Under the pieces are notes generated by a model. The model was given only the letters and a program-made list of their open reading frames with translations, had not been told where the DNA came from and made no database searches. Made by a program: the position numbers and the translations under genes. From a virus (taxonomy: Duplodnaviria > Heunggongvirae > Uroviricota > Caudoviricetes), in the IMG/VR virus record IMGVR_UViG_3300028048_000051, positions 111,843 to 175,842 of that record: 64,000 bases of DNA; one strand, given 5' to 3'. Positions 17,884 to 27,395 of this stretch are shown one piece after another. How positions within the stretch are numbered: the first letter of the stretch is position 1; every line of letters begins with the position of its first letter.

Positions 17884-18762
17884 ATGGAGAAATTTTTTAG
17901 TTCCAAATTCAGGAAACGTGTGAATGCTCTGCTGGATGCGGCTCAGGCTCAGGCAACACACACTCCTACGCTGGCCGTTGAATATAATTCCGGCGATCAT
18001 GTACATCTCGGAAGGGAGGCAAAACTCAGTACGTTAACTCCGTTGCCACCTGGGCTGGAAGTGATTGTTGGTGATCACAGCAGTGTTTCCGAGCTGCTTG
18101 TTCCTTCTGTCATGCATGAATGCCGCATCAGCATCGGTAAGCAGTGCTGGATACACAACATGCGCATTCGATGTGCGGTTAACATGCCAAGCGGGATAGA
18201 AATATCCATTGGCGATAACTGCAGATTATATGATGTAAGTATAAGCATCTTTGCGCATCAAGTATCGCTTACGATAGGCAGGGATTTTCGTGACAGCCAT
18301 GGTGATTTTTCGTTGTATAACTCTCTGCGGGTCGGCAATCGCGTTTTTTGTGACGGAGTCTCCATTCAAACTCCCTATGACATAAAGCGGAGGATACCGC
18401 GATGTATAGGAGATGACACGGTTATCGGAAGGTCAGGGTGCCTTAGCACCGAGTTGTCGCAACTTAGCGGAATAACTACTTTGCGCTTGTGCGGTGATGT
18501 CGGCAAGCGGAATATTATTCTTGCTGACAGCGCCAGTCTGTATAAGACGGGAGATGATGTCACCGCGGTATTCAAAGGGAAGACGTGTGCTATGAAGCAT
18601 ATATTGTATGACGGAGCCACGCTTATTTCCACCCGAGAGCTGGGCTTCCAAAGTGGTGTGGACACTTCCATCACTGTGGGAAGAAACGCCATATGCACAA
18701 TCAGGTCTCAGTTTTATGACGAAAACATTGTGGTGCATCCCAGTGCAGTGGTGATGCTGTAA
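17884..18762 (+). CDS. hexapeptide-repeat (left-handed beta-helix) protein, putative acyl/acetyltransferase
   Basis: Repeated [LIV]G-x-x-x-x hexapeptides (IGDNCRL, IGRDFRD, VGNRVFCDGVSI, IGRSGCL). Lower GC than neighbours and sits just after a terminator. Confidence 0.5.
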   Translation: MEKFFSSKFRKRVNALLDAAQAQATHTPTLAVEYNSGDHVHLGREAKLSTLTPLPPGLEVIVGDHSSVSELLVPSVMHECRISIGKQCWIHNMRIRCAVNMPSGIEISIGDNCRLYDVSISIFAHQVSLTIGRDFRDSHGDFSLYNSLRVGNRVFCDGVSIQTPYDIKRRIPRCIGDDTVIGRSGCLSTELSQLSGITTLRLCGDVGKRNIILADSASLYKTGDDVTAVFKGKTCAMKHILYDGATLISTRELGFQSGVDTSITVGRNAICTIRSQFYDENIVVHPSAVVML

Positions 18763-18779
18763 CAGGAAAGGTAAAGAAA

Positions 18780-19280
18780 ATGGCATTGACCGATTCTGTC
18801 GTGAAGGGCCTTGGTGCACATGTAGAGGAGCCCAGCGGAGTAAAACTGGCCAACGGGTGCATCAAGACCGCGGACGGCTTTATTGTCGTACCGCGTTCAC
18901 GACATCGTGAGGGTCTTCGCACCGGAAGACCGACAGAGTTGGACGAGACACCACCGTCGGAACAACCGGAAGTTGGGTGTTCCGGTTCTTCCGCGGCTTC
19001 GGTGGCACCCACGTCGGAGCGTGAGACGGTGACGTTCGGGTTTTCGTCCATGGGGCAGATACCGAGTCAATACACCGCTATAGGTACCGGACCTGATTGT
19101 GTGGTTTTGGGAATGATCCCGGGATTGTCGTTCATGCCTCCGGTAAGCACTGGCGAGGATATAAAAATGTTCTCGTTGAGCGTTAGTCAAGGTATGTTTG
19201 CCTTCACCGGCCTGGAATTTACGTTCGGTGACGCGACACGTTATATCGTGTTGCTGAAGGTAAGTTCGGAACAGGCTTAG
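18780..19280 (+). CDS. hypothetical protein
   Basis: ORF with ribosome-binding site. Confidence 0.5.
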   Translation: MALTDSVVKGLGAHVEEPSGVKLANGCIKTADGFIVVPRSRHREGLRTGRPTELDETPPSEQPEVGCSGSSAASVAPTSERETVTFGFSSMGQIPSQYTAIGTGPDCVVLGMIPGLSFMPPVSTGEDIKMFSLSVSQGMFAFTGLEFTFGDATRYIVLLKVSSEQA

Positions 19281-19301
19281 AAAACAGCAGGGAGAAAGAA
19301 A

Positions 19302-19457
19302 ATGGATAAGAATTCGAGTGAACACAAGGTCTGCATCTACTGTGACTCCGATGCACTTCCCGGTACCGAGCCGCCGGTTTGCGAAGTGCACAAGAACACA
19401 AAGCAGGCGTCCGATACCCCGGTGAACCTGAAGGATCTGGAAAGTCGTGAGGGGTAA
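19302..19457 (+). CDS. small Cys-containing protein (51 aa; CIYC...C..H)
   Basis: Not in the track (under 60 aa). GGGAGAAAGAAA ribosome-binding site before the ATG. Confidence 0.3.
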   Translation: MDKNSSEHKVCIYCDSDALPGTEPPVCEVHKNTKQASDTPVNLKDLESREG

Positions 19458-19571
19458 ATGGGTGATATCATCAATTTCATCGTCGGCTCCGCGGTGTTCT
19501 GCATCGTGTTGTCGGCGGTGACTCCGTTTTTCATGGCATTGAAAATAATCATAAAGGAGTTGTCGAGATGA
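19458..19571 (+). CDS. small hydrophobic membrane peptide (37 aa)
   Basis: MGDIINFIVGSAVFCIVLSAVTPFFMAL...; its stop overlaps the next ATG (ATGA). Confidence 0.3.
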   Translation: MGDIINFIVGSAVFCIVLSAVTPFFMALKIIIKELSR

Positions 19572-19861
19572 CTGAGTCGCAAAAACTTGCCGCATCTTTC
19601 GGTTTTACCACCAAGGGGTATCCGGCGCCTCCACAGGGAGTGCACAGTGTTCAGGATGCTTACTACAAAGCCGAGGATAAGCGTCCGGCAATCACAGAGG
19701 TGGATTCGAGTTGGCAACCTGCGCCTCCGCCTGCCGTAACCGGCAGTGCGAGTGAGGATCGCCAGGCGATCTTGGATCGGCTTTACGCCGAACGCGATCG
19801 GCTGTTGAAGTCTCTCGATGAAGTCAATGCTGAAATCTATCGGTTGCTCGGTCAGCAGTAA
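19568..19861 (+). CDS. hypothetical protein
   Basis: ORF with GGAG ribosome-binding site. Confidence 0.5.
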   Translation: MTESQKLAASFGFTTKGYPAPPQGVHSVQDAYYKAEDKRPAITEVDSSWQPAPPPAVTGSASEDRQAILDRLYAERDRLLKSLDEVNAEIYRLLGQQ

Positions 19862-19882
19862 TTTTATCCTTGGGTATAAAAA

Positions 19883-20116
19883 ATGAGCGGCGAGCAGTTG
19901 AGTAAACTGGCCGCGGCTGTATTGGCCGATGCCACCGGAGATAAACCGCAGGGCGTTCCGTTGTCTGGTGGATTGCGGGCGTGGTTTGAGTTCATCGACT
20001 ACCGCGAAAAGCCGAGGATGGCCGTCGCTGTGAAGAATGCGCATGGGGAGACGTTGTATCGGTATATTTCGAAGTCGTTCTACCGCATGTGCGCGTTGAA
20101 GAAAGTGCCGGCATAA
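19883..20116 (+). CDS. hypothetical protein
   Basis: ORF with ribosome-binding site. Confidence 0.5.
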   Translation: MSGEQLSKLAAAVLADATGDKPQGVPLSGGLRAWFEFIDYREKPRMAVAVKNAHGETLYRYISKSFYRMCALKKVPA

Positions 20117-20754
20117 TGTCCCGCCCGACGATGGCTATGCCGCCGGCTGTTTACAGCTGTGTGAAACGCGTAGGTGTGAAAGAATTTGCGCGTTCAGTCG
20201 GTATCAGCAAGAAAACACTGGAATCGGCAATGTGGCGGGGACGCATACTCCAATCATTATATCCCAGATACGAACTGGCGTTGCGGCTCTGTGCCGAAAG
20301 GATCCCGGAGCGGGATCGCTTTGCCGAATTCAGAGAAAAGCATCCGCGGATTGCCCGTCGTTTATTGGTTGCTGTTGGTGAAATGTTAGCAGTACAGCCG
20401 CAGAAAGTCAGTGAAATCGAATGTCATACACCTCTGTTGAGAGCATGGCGCGAATTCATGAACGCCCGGGCAAGAATGGAAAACATCTATGAGAACATAG
20501 GAATAAAAATGACGAAAATCCTGAAATTCACCACTCCCAGTTGTCCGCTGTGCAAGCAGCTGGGAAAAATGCTGGGTAAGCTGACTGACGTGCTGGTCGA
20601 GGAGCATAACGCTCTTGAATCGCCGTTGGCCGCCCAGTACAACATCACGACGGTTCCCACGTTGGTGATACTGCGCGATGGTAAAGAGATCGGCAGAACG
20701 GTTTCCATGACCGATCTTACAACGATTCGCGGAATCATCAACAAAAAGGACTGA
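20116..20754 (+). CDS. HTH-like N-terminal region fused in-frame to a thioredoxin/NrdH-like redoxin domain
   Basis: C-terminal MTKILKFTTPSCPLCKQLGKML has the CxxC thioredoxin-fold signature. The internal ATG at 20509 could give a stand-alone redoxin. TAATG overlap with the upstream gene. Confidence 0.55.
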   Translation: MSRPTMAMPPAVYSCVKRVGVKEFARSVGISKKTLESAMWRGRILQSLYPRYELALRLCAERIPERDRFAEFREKHPRIARRLLVAVGEMLAVQPQKVSEIECHTPLLRAWREFMNARARMENIYENIGIKMTKILKFTTPSCPLCKQLGKMLGKLTDVLVEEHNALESPLAAQYNITTVPTLVILRDGKEIGRTVSMTDLTTIRGIINKKD

Positions 20755-20758
20755 CAAG

Positions 20759-23700
20759 ATGTCGCTTACACAGATTGTGAAGCGGGACGGGACGACCGTG
20801 CCCTTCAACGAGACCAAAATATCCACCGCCATCGAGAAAGCGCTCGCCTCCGTAGGTATGAAGAGCGATCGTCTGATGAAGCTCGTGACCCGCGATGTAC
20901 TTACTGCACTTAAGGATCATGAGGGAATACCCACGGTCGAACAGGTGCAGGACATCGTCGAGCGCATGTTGACCAAACGCGGGCTCTACGCGGCGGCTAA
21001 GTCATTCATTCTCTACCGGGCGCAGCATGAAAAGATGCGCGACGGTAAAGAGCTGATGATGGATATCAGCGGTCTCATCAATGCCTACCGGGACCAGTCC
21101 GACTGGCGGGTTCACGAGAATGCGAACAGTGGATACAGCTACAGCAGTTTGCTGAAGCATGTTTCCAGCAGCGTGATGGCCAAGTACGGTCTGATGGAGC
21201 TGTATCCGCCGGAGATCGCTCGTCATCATATCGACGGTGATTTCCACATTCATGACCTGCAGTGCAGCATCATTCCGTACTGTGCTGGTCACTCGTTACG
21301 GGATCTCTTGCTCAAGGGTTTCAAAGGAACTCCAGACAAAAATACCGCAGGTCCGGCCAAGCACCTGGCTCCGGCGTTGCAGCAGGCGGCGAACTTCCTT
21401 GCCACGTTGCAGACCGAGTGGGCGGGGGCTCAGGCCTTCAGTTCCTTCGATACTTACATGGCCCCGTTCGTGAAAGTAGACAAGGAATACTTCGCCAAGC
21501 GCGGTTTCGCCAACTGGGGGTATACCGAGGTCAAGCAGGCGCTTCAAATGTTTTTGTACGTGATCAACGTCGCCTCGCGCTGGGGCGAATCGCCGTTCAC
21601 GAACATCACCATGGATCTAGTCTGTCCCCCGGACATGAAGGACCAGCCGGTAATCATCGGCGGTGAGTACGTAGACGGTCTCCATTATGGCGATTGTCAG
21701 GAAGAGATGAATATGCTCAACAAGGCGTTCATCGAACTGATGATGGCCGGGGACTATGAGGGCAAGCCGTTCAGCTTCCCGATTCCGACGTACAACATTA
21801 CGTCCGAGTTCGACTGGGAAAGCGATCTTTCTCGGGACCTGTTCGCACTGACCGGCAAGTATGGTATTCCGTATTTCCAGAACTTCATCGGCAGCGACAT
21901 AAGTCCGCAGGACACCCGCTCGATGTGCCCCATGGACGGTGATACGCCGGTGTGGGTCAAGGCTGGCAGGGGCATCCATATAAGAAAGATCAAGGATGTT
22001 TATCACCAGCCGGGCGGATATGTTGAACCTTTCCAGACATTGCTTCCTGATGGCAGCTGGGTTTCCGCCAGGGCAACCAGGCAGGAGCCGACAGACGTCA
22101 TCGAGGTGGAGCTGTCAAACGGCGATAAAAAGACGCTCGGAGTGGAACACATCCAACCCATCGTCAACCCGGATGGAAAGCTCGTCAGTATACGTGCCGC
22201 AGAGATTGAAAACGGGATGTATATTCCGTATTCGCTCGGAGGCATGGATACGGGGTGTGTGGGCAGCTACGATCTCGGATATGTTGTCGGGGTGTATCTC
22301 GGCGACGGGTCTACCGATGAGATCAACCGAGACGGGGAGAAGAATATCATCTTCTCGCTGTCGGCCTCCAAAGTCGATAAAACAGGTAAACCCGTAGCTG
22401 AGCGAATACGCGAATTTTTCCAGCCCATGGGCTTCGCAGTCACGGTCACTCCGCACGAGGACAGTCCGTTGATCACCGTAAGAGCCACAGGTCCGGCGTT
22501 TCATGTCATATCTCGCTTCATAGACGGAAATGACGCGAATGACAAAAGCATGACGCGCTATGTGTTCAATATGTCCTCGGAGTTCCGCCAAGGTGTGTTG
22601 GATGGCATACAGGATACTGACGGCTGCAGAGTCCGTCGCAGAATCTACACCTCCTCTCCTGCCCTGAGAGACGACCTGTTCAACTTGTGCTACTCTTTGG
22701 GCATCAAAGCCAGAAAGGTGTACACGGATGTCCGGGACAATCGGATCTCGCCCAACTCCAAGCCTGTGTACAGAATCGACTATACGCTTCGTAGCGGGTA
22801 CGGAGAGCTGTATAAAGAACTGGGCGGTTATTCTTGTGTATCGGTGGTGTCAGTCAAGCGGGTGAAAAACGGCAAGGCGCTCTACTGCTTTGAGGTGGAT
22901 ACGGACGAGCATTTGTTCGTACTCCCCGGCGGTATGGTCACGCACAACTGCCGCCTGCGTATCGACCTGCGCGAACTTCTCCGCAAGACCGGCGCGTTGT
23001 TCGGCTCGGGTGAAAAGACCGGCAGTATCGGCGTGGTGACGCTGAATATGCCGCGTCTCGGATACCTCCACCAGGGCAACGAGAAGACGTTCTTCGCGGC
23101 CTTGGAGCAGCTGATGGACGATGCGCGGGATTCGTTGGAGATCAAGCGCAAAGTGGTCGAGCGCAGCCTCAACAGTGGGCTGATGCCGTACTCGAAGGAG
23201 TACATCGGTTCATTCGACAACCACTTCAGCACCATCGGACTCGTCGGCATGAACGAGTGTTGTTTGAACTTCATGGGTGTGAATATCGCAGACCCCAAGG
23301 GCAAGGACTTCGCAGTCCGGGTCCTGAAGTTCATGCGTGATCGGCTCTCCTTCTATCAGGAGGAAACCAAGCACCTATACAACCTGGAAGCCACTCCGGC
23401 CGAGGGCACCTGCTACCGGCTTGCCAGAGCTGATAGGAAGGCGTATCCGGATATTATCACCGCCGGCGGAGATGGGGAGCCGTACTACACGAACTCCACG
23501 CATCTGCCGGTAGGTTATACGGATGACGTCTTCAAGGCTCTCGACCATCAGGAAGAGCTGCAGACTATCTACACCGGCGGTACTGTGGTTCATGTGTTCC
23601 TCGGCGAGGGTATCCAGGATCCCATGCAGTGCATGAAACTGGTGAAGAAAATCGCGGAAACCTACAAGATCCCTGCGTTCACCATTACTCCCACATACAG

Positions 23701-23815
23701 TGTGTGCCCGGAACACGGGTACATCAAGGGCGAGCATAAGCGGTGCCCGAAGTGTGTGGAGGTCGAAGTGTCCGGGGAAGAAATCATCAAACAAATGAAG
23801 GAAGAAGGAAAATGA
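20759..23815 (+). CDS. nrdD: anaerobic ribonucleoside-triphosphate reductase (class III) large fragment, intein-containing
   Basis: N-terminal ATP-cone (IVKRDGTTVPFNETKISTAIEKA). C-terminal CPEHGY...CPKC Zn-site half. The glycyl-radical motif is in the next overlapping ORF. Confidence 0.85.
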   Translation: MSLTQIVKRDGTTVPFNETKISTAIEKALASVGMKSDRLMKLVTRDVLTALKDHEGIPTVEQVQDIVERMLTKRGLYAAAKSFILYRAQHEKMRDGKELMMDISGLINAYRDQSDWRVHENANSGYSYSSLLKHVSSSVMAKYGLMELYPPEIARHHIDGDFHIHDLQCSIIPYCAGHSLRDLLLKGFKGTPDKNTAGPAKHLAPALQQAANFLATLQTEWAGAQAFSSFDTYMAPFVKVDKEYFAKRGFANWGYTEVKQALQMFLYVINVASRWGESPFTNITMDLVCPPDMKDQPVIIGGEYVDGLHYGDCQEEMNMLNKAFIELMMAGDYEGKPFSFPIPTYNITSEFDWESDLSRDLFALTGKYGIPYFQNFIGSDISPQDTRSMCPMDGDTPVWVKAGRGIHIRKIKDVYHQPGGYVEPFQTLLPDGSWVSARATRQEPTDVIEVELSNGDKKTLGVEHIQPIVNPDGKLVSIRAAEIENGMYIPYSLGGMDTGCVGSYDLGYVVGVYLGDGSTDEINRDGEKNIIFSLSASKVDKTGKPVAERIREFFQPMGFAVTVTPHEDSPLITVRATGPAFHVISRFIDGNDANDKSMTRYVFNMSSEFRQGVLDGIQDTDGCRVRRRIYTSSPALRDDLFNLCYSLGIKARKVYTDVRDNRISPNSKPVYRIDYTLRSGYGELYKELGGYSCVSVVSVKRVKNGKALYCFEVDTDEHLFVLPGGMVTHNCRLRIDLRELLRKTGALFGSGEKTGSIGVVTLNMPRLGYLHQGNEKTFFAALEQLMDDARDSLEIKRKVVERSLNSGLMPYSKEYIGSFDNHFSTIGLVGMNECCLNFMGVNIADPKGKDFAVRVLKFMRDRLSFYQEETKHLYNLEATPAEGTCYRLARADRKAYPDIITAGGDGEPYYTNSTHLPVGYTDDVFKALDHQEELQTIYTGGTVVHVFLGEGIQDPMQCMKLVKKIAETYKIPAFTITPTYSVCPEHGYIKGEHKRCPKCVEVEVSGEEIIKQMKEEGK
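21926..22948 (+). mobile_element. intein (341 aa) with LAGLIDADG homing endonuclease domain inside nrdD
   Basis: Begins CPMDGDTPVWV (block A) and ends VTHN followed by extein Cys (CRLRIDL). LAGLIDADG motifs LGYVVGVYLGDGS and FRQGVLDGIQDTDGC. Confidence 0.75.
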
Positions 23816-23973
23816 AAGAGAAAAAGGAATGCGGCCAGAAGACTGCGGTGTTCAGCCGAGTCAACGGGTACTACCGTCCGGTGGAAAACTGGAATAAGGG
23901 CAAGCAGTCCGAGTTCGCTGAGCGCAAGGAGTACGAGAACGGCAAGGAGTGCGCCTGCGCTACCGGGTGCTGA
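23812..23973 (+). CDS. nrdD: NrdD C-terminal glycyl-radical domain encoded as a separate 53-aa ORF (ATGA overlap, -1 frame relative to nrdD)
   Basis: MKEKKECGQKTAVFSRVNGYYRPVENWN... carries the RVxGY glycyl-radical motif plus Cys ligands (CG...CACATGC). Confidence 0.6.
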   Translation: MKEKKECGQKTAVFSRVNGYYRPVENWNKGKQSEFAERKEYENGKECACATGC

Positions 23974-23988
23974 GAGCCAGTAACACGC

Positions 23989-24028
23989 GAAGGCGGCGGG
24001 ATATAAAAGTCCCGCCGCCTTCTTTTTG
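23989..24028 (+). terminator. rho-independent terminator
   Basis: GAAGGCGGCGGGA / TCCCGCCGCCTTC 13-bp stem, 8-nt loop, then TTTTTG. Confidence 0.7.
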
Positions 24029-24033
24029 CGGTC

Positions 24034-24063
24034 TTGACAGAGCGCCCGATGGGAGGTTATATT
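24034..24063 (+). promoter_or_regulatory. sigma70-like promoter (TTGACA, 17-18 nt spacer, TATATT)
   Basis: Consensus -35 hexamer and a near-consensus -10 immediately upstream of the lipoprotein gene. Confidence 0.5.
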
Positions 24064-24090
24064 AGACCGTAGCTGAAAGAAACGGAGGAA

Positions 24091-24591
24091 ATGATGAAGA
24101 GTAGCATACTGTTGTGCGCGGCAGTGCTGTGCATGCTGTTTGTCGGATGCCGCAGCAAAGCCCCGGGGATATGTGATTATGATGATTGTCCGCTGATCGC
24201 GGTCACGGCCGACAGACATTATTGCACCATCCATTGTGCCGAGGATATGGAGAAGCGGAATGATAGCGACATGGCCCACCGGTGTGCGGTGGTCTGTCAG
24301 GTGTGCGGCGAGAAGCTCGACCCTCCGCAGTGGATCAGGGCAAGGATCGTGTACTGCAGAGGTTATGAGTTTCAGCCCTCGCAGTATAATTTCTACAACA
24401 TCCCTGTCTGCCCCAAGCACAGTAAGCACTGTATACGGAAATCGGTTTATCCGGTATTTATCGTGTTCGGGGGCAGAATCGAATATGTACTCGATAAAAT
24501 GCGACCATTCGATTTCAGCAATCTTGAAAGCGGTTCCGATGATCTGTTTGATCATTGTCGGAGGAAAAGAAGTCGTCAATACGAGGATTGA
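24091..24591 (+). CDS. predicted lipoprotein, Cys-rich (moron-like)
   Basis: MMKSSILLCAAVLCMLFVGC is a signal peptide with a lipobox-like FVGC. Flanked by its own promoter and a terminator. Confidence 0.55.
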   Translation: MMKSSILLCAAVLCMLFVGCRSKAPGICDYDDCPLIAVTADRHYCTIHCAEDMEKRNDSDMAHRCAVVCQVCGEKLDPPQWIRARIVYCRGYEFQPSQYNFYNIPVCPKHSKHCIRKSVYPVFIVFGGRIEYVLDKMRPFDFSNLESGSDDLFDHCRRKRSRQYED

Positions 24592-24688
24592 CCGTTCCAT
24601 CTGTGTGTGGCTGAGTGCCGATCTTCAAGGATAGACGCATTCTCTTATATGTATCAGTGCATTTTATTTTACGTAGGAGAAATGTGTT

Positions 24689-26137
24689 ATGGCCGCTGAA
24701 GCTTTGATGCCTAACGACCCGGCAGCCATTGTTCGTAAGGGGTTCGCCGATGTACCGGCACAACCATATAGTTATATTCTGGGCAGGTTGCTGCGGGATC
24801 CGGCGTACACCTTGGCAGCGTACATCAATCCCCAGAAAGCGTACAATGGCAGTCTTGTCGGAGTTCCTAATCCGAGAATGTCTACAAAAGGTACGGACTG
24901 GTATTATTGGCTTACGCAGGGCATCAATCCCCGGCATGTACGGGAGCAGAACGAAAGAGCCTGGGCGGAAATCAACAAGGATGCGGACACGCTGGGTATT
25001 CCGAAGGATCATATCGTCCGCGCCAATCTTCCAGTGGTGTACCCGTTAGATGGCAACGGTAATCCGGTTCCGTTGAGGCTTAAGACGGTGGATGACCGTA
25101 CCGGCCGGGCCGCGAGGCGTTTGCGGCGTGCAGGCAAGGATCCGGAGCCGGGAGTGTACGCCGGAGATTATTACGACTCGGGCAAGCGCGGATTCTCTCC
25201 GGAAGATGTGCTCCTTCCCTCGTGGCGACGCAAGTTCGTTCCCGGGACTCCCGAATACAACCGGATACTGATCGGCACGAACAATGCCAACAGGCCCTGG
25301 GATGAAACGCGCTCCTACTCCATACCGATGACCGGTTATGTGGATCTCGACCGCAGAGATGACCTCGGGACAGTCACCGAGGAGGTACTGCACAACTTCA
25401 ATCCGGCGCTCCACCACGGCGGCAGCGGTGCAATTCTGCGTTGGATGTTGTCCGGACATTACGACTCGCGGAATCGTACTGTACCGAAAATACCCGGTCT
25501 GACAGAGTTTGATATTCTGCCGATGTTTGATTCCCGCCAAAGCAGTGATGTTTACGTTAACAGACGTTATCGTTCCGGAGCCCACCCTACGCAGTTGGGT
25601 TACAATACGCCGGTACATACTATGGAAAATTCCGCTGGAGTTGCTGCTCTGGTACTGAATGAGATGGGAATGACTGGCAAAGAAGCTCCTGGAGGTTATG
25701 CTGCCTTGTTGAAGGGTATGATCGACCGTGGTGCATTATTGGAGGGTTTCGACGGTAAACTGTACGAAGTCCCCGGTGCCAAGAGGTTTTTCAACAACAA
25801 GTTCACCAACGAAAATACTGGCTGGAACGAGTTCATTGATAATGAGAACCGTTTCCGAGAAGCTGAGAATACAGTGAAAGCGCGCCTGCAGAAGGCCCGC
25901 AGTTATCTTACCGGTGGTTTCAAAACTGGTCTCAAGGCGGCGCCGTTGCGTACACTCGGCATGCCCTTTCAGAAGGCGCTGCAGGAGGCCAACAAGTATG
26001 GTTGGGCATACGAGGGTGCGCGCTATGCTCCCATGTACCGTACCAACATGGATAAAGCCGTGAGAACCGCACGCTTTGGTCCGGATCCCAGAGCAGTCGG
26101 AGCATATATTCCACCTCCCGCTGCCGATCCTAAGTAA
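24689..26137 (+). CDS. hypothetical protein (482 aa)
   Basis: Long ORF with ribosome-binding site; no recognisable motif. Confidence 0.6.
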   Translation: MAAEALMPNDPAAIVRKGFADVPAQPYSYILGRLLRDPAYTLAAYINPQKAYNGSLVGVPNPRMSTKGTDWYYWLTQGINPRHVREQNERAWAEINKDADTLGIPKDHIVRANLPVVYPLDGNGNPVPLRLKTVDDRTGRAARRLRRAGKDPEPGVYAGDYYDSGKRGFSPEDVLLPSWRRKFVPGTPEYNRILIGTNNANRPWDETRSYSIPMTGYVDLDRRDDLGTVTEEVLHNFNPALHHGGSGAILRWMLSGHYDSRNRTVPKIPGLTEFDILPMFDSRQSSDVYVNRRYRSGAHPTQLGYNTPVHTMENSAGVAALVLNEMGMTGKEAPGGYAALLKGMIDRGALLEGFDGKLYEVPGAKRFFNNKFTNENTGWNEFIDNENRFREAENTVKARLQKARSYLTGGFKTGLKAAPLRTLGMPFQKALQEANKYGWAYEGARYAPMYRTNMDKAVRTARFGPDPRAVGAYIPPPAADPK

Positions 26138-26160
26138 AGTCAAGTTCCCTACCCTTTTCA

Positions 26161-26191
26161 CCCACGGTAGTTAACTACCGTGGGTTTTATT
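26161..26191 (+). terminator. rho-independent terminator
   Basis: CCCACGGTAG / CTACCGTGGG 10-bp stem, TTAA loop, then TTTTATT. Confidence 0.6.
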
Positions 26192-26226
26192 GTATATACA
26201 CACATCAAAACCAAGGAGGAAAACCA

Positions 26227-27387
26227 ATGTACAAAATTGCAGAGAATGTCCTGTCATGGTGCAATGATCCGGAGTCCGGAGCGCAGTTTCAGGCGATGAA
26301 TATCTCTCGCCATCCGTGTCTCATTGGCAATGTGTGTCTCATGCCGGACACGCATGAAGGTTACGGCATGCCGATAGGCGGCGTGGCGGCATTTGAAAAT
26401 GCCGTCTGTCCCAACATGGTCGGCGTGGATATCGGCTGTGGGATGCTCGCGGTGAGGACATCCATCATCGAAAAACCCGGTCGTGAGGAGCTGTGTCGGG
26501 TCGTACAGAAGATACGAGCGTCCGTTCCTGTCGGGACTTCCCATCAGAGTACACCGCAGCCCGACGAATTGTTCGACGAGCCGATTTGGAGCAGTAACAG
26601 TGTTTGCGGGTTTGAGTGCGAAAATGCCAAGCGACAACTTGGTACGCTCGGCGGTGGCAATCACTTCATCGAGCTGCAGTGGGGTGATGATGGGCATATG
26701 TGGCTCATGATCCATTCCGGCTCACGTAATCTCGGTAAAAAAGTTGCCGATTATTACAACAACATCGCGGTAGAACTCTGCACCAGATGGCGGCAGATCG
26801 AGTGCGTCAGGGATCAACTGGCTTTCTTGCCTCGCGGCACCACGGAATATACTGATTACATGCGCGAGATGAACGCCTGCATACGTTTCGGTCAGGCCAA
26901 TCGTCGACATATTGCCGATGCCGTGATCCGCGCGATCAGTGAGGTATTCAGCAGCCAATGTCCTGATTTTGCCGATCCCATCAACATCAAGCACAACTAC
27001 GCCACTCTGGAACATCACTACGGCAAGGATGTCATGGTACACCGCAAGGGCGCTACGCTTGCCAGGAAAGGCGTCATCGGTATCATTCCCGGGTCACAGG
27101 GCAGCTGCTCGTATATCGTGGAGGGTCTGGGTAACGAGGCGTCGCTTTGTTCCTGTTCACACGGAGCCGGCCGCAGAATGTCGCGTTCGCGCGCACGCTC
27201 AGTGTTGAGTCTTGAGGACGAGGTTGCCAAGATGGATGCTTGCGGCATAGTGCATGGCATCAGCTGTGCCGATGACCTGGACGAGGCGCCGTCCGCGTAC
27301 AAGGACATAGACACTGTCATGCGGGAGCAGGCTGATCTGGTGAAGCCGTTGGTGCAGCTTAGCCCGTTGGCGGTCATCAAAGGATAG
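26227..27387 (+). CDS. rtcB: RtcB-family RNA ligase
   Basis: MPDTHEGYGMPIGGV, GGGNHFIE, HRKGAT and SCSHGAGR are RtcB active-site motifs. CAAGGAGGAAAACCA ribosome-binding site. Confidence 0.9.
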   Translation: MYKIAENVLSWCNDPESGAQFQAMNISRHPCLIGNVCLMPDTHEGYGMPIGGVAAFENAVCPNMVGVDIGCGMLAVRTSIIEKPGREELCRVVQKIRASVPVGTSHQSTPQPDELFDEPIWSSNSVCGFECENAKRQLGTLGGGNHFIELQWGDDGHMWLMIHSGSRNLGKKVADYYNNIAVELCTRWRQIECVRDQLAFLPRGTTEYTDYMREMNACIRFGQANRRHIADAVIRAISEVFSSQCPDFADPINIKHNYATLEHHYGKDVMVHRKGATLARKGVIGIIPGSQGSCSYIVEGLGNEASLCSCSHGAGRRMSRSRARSVLSLEDEVAKMDACGIVHGISCADDLDEAPSAYKDIDTVMREQADLVKPLVQLSPLAVIKG

Positions 27388-27395
27388 GAGGAATC

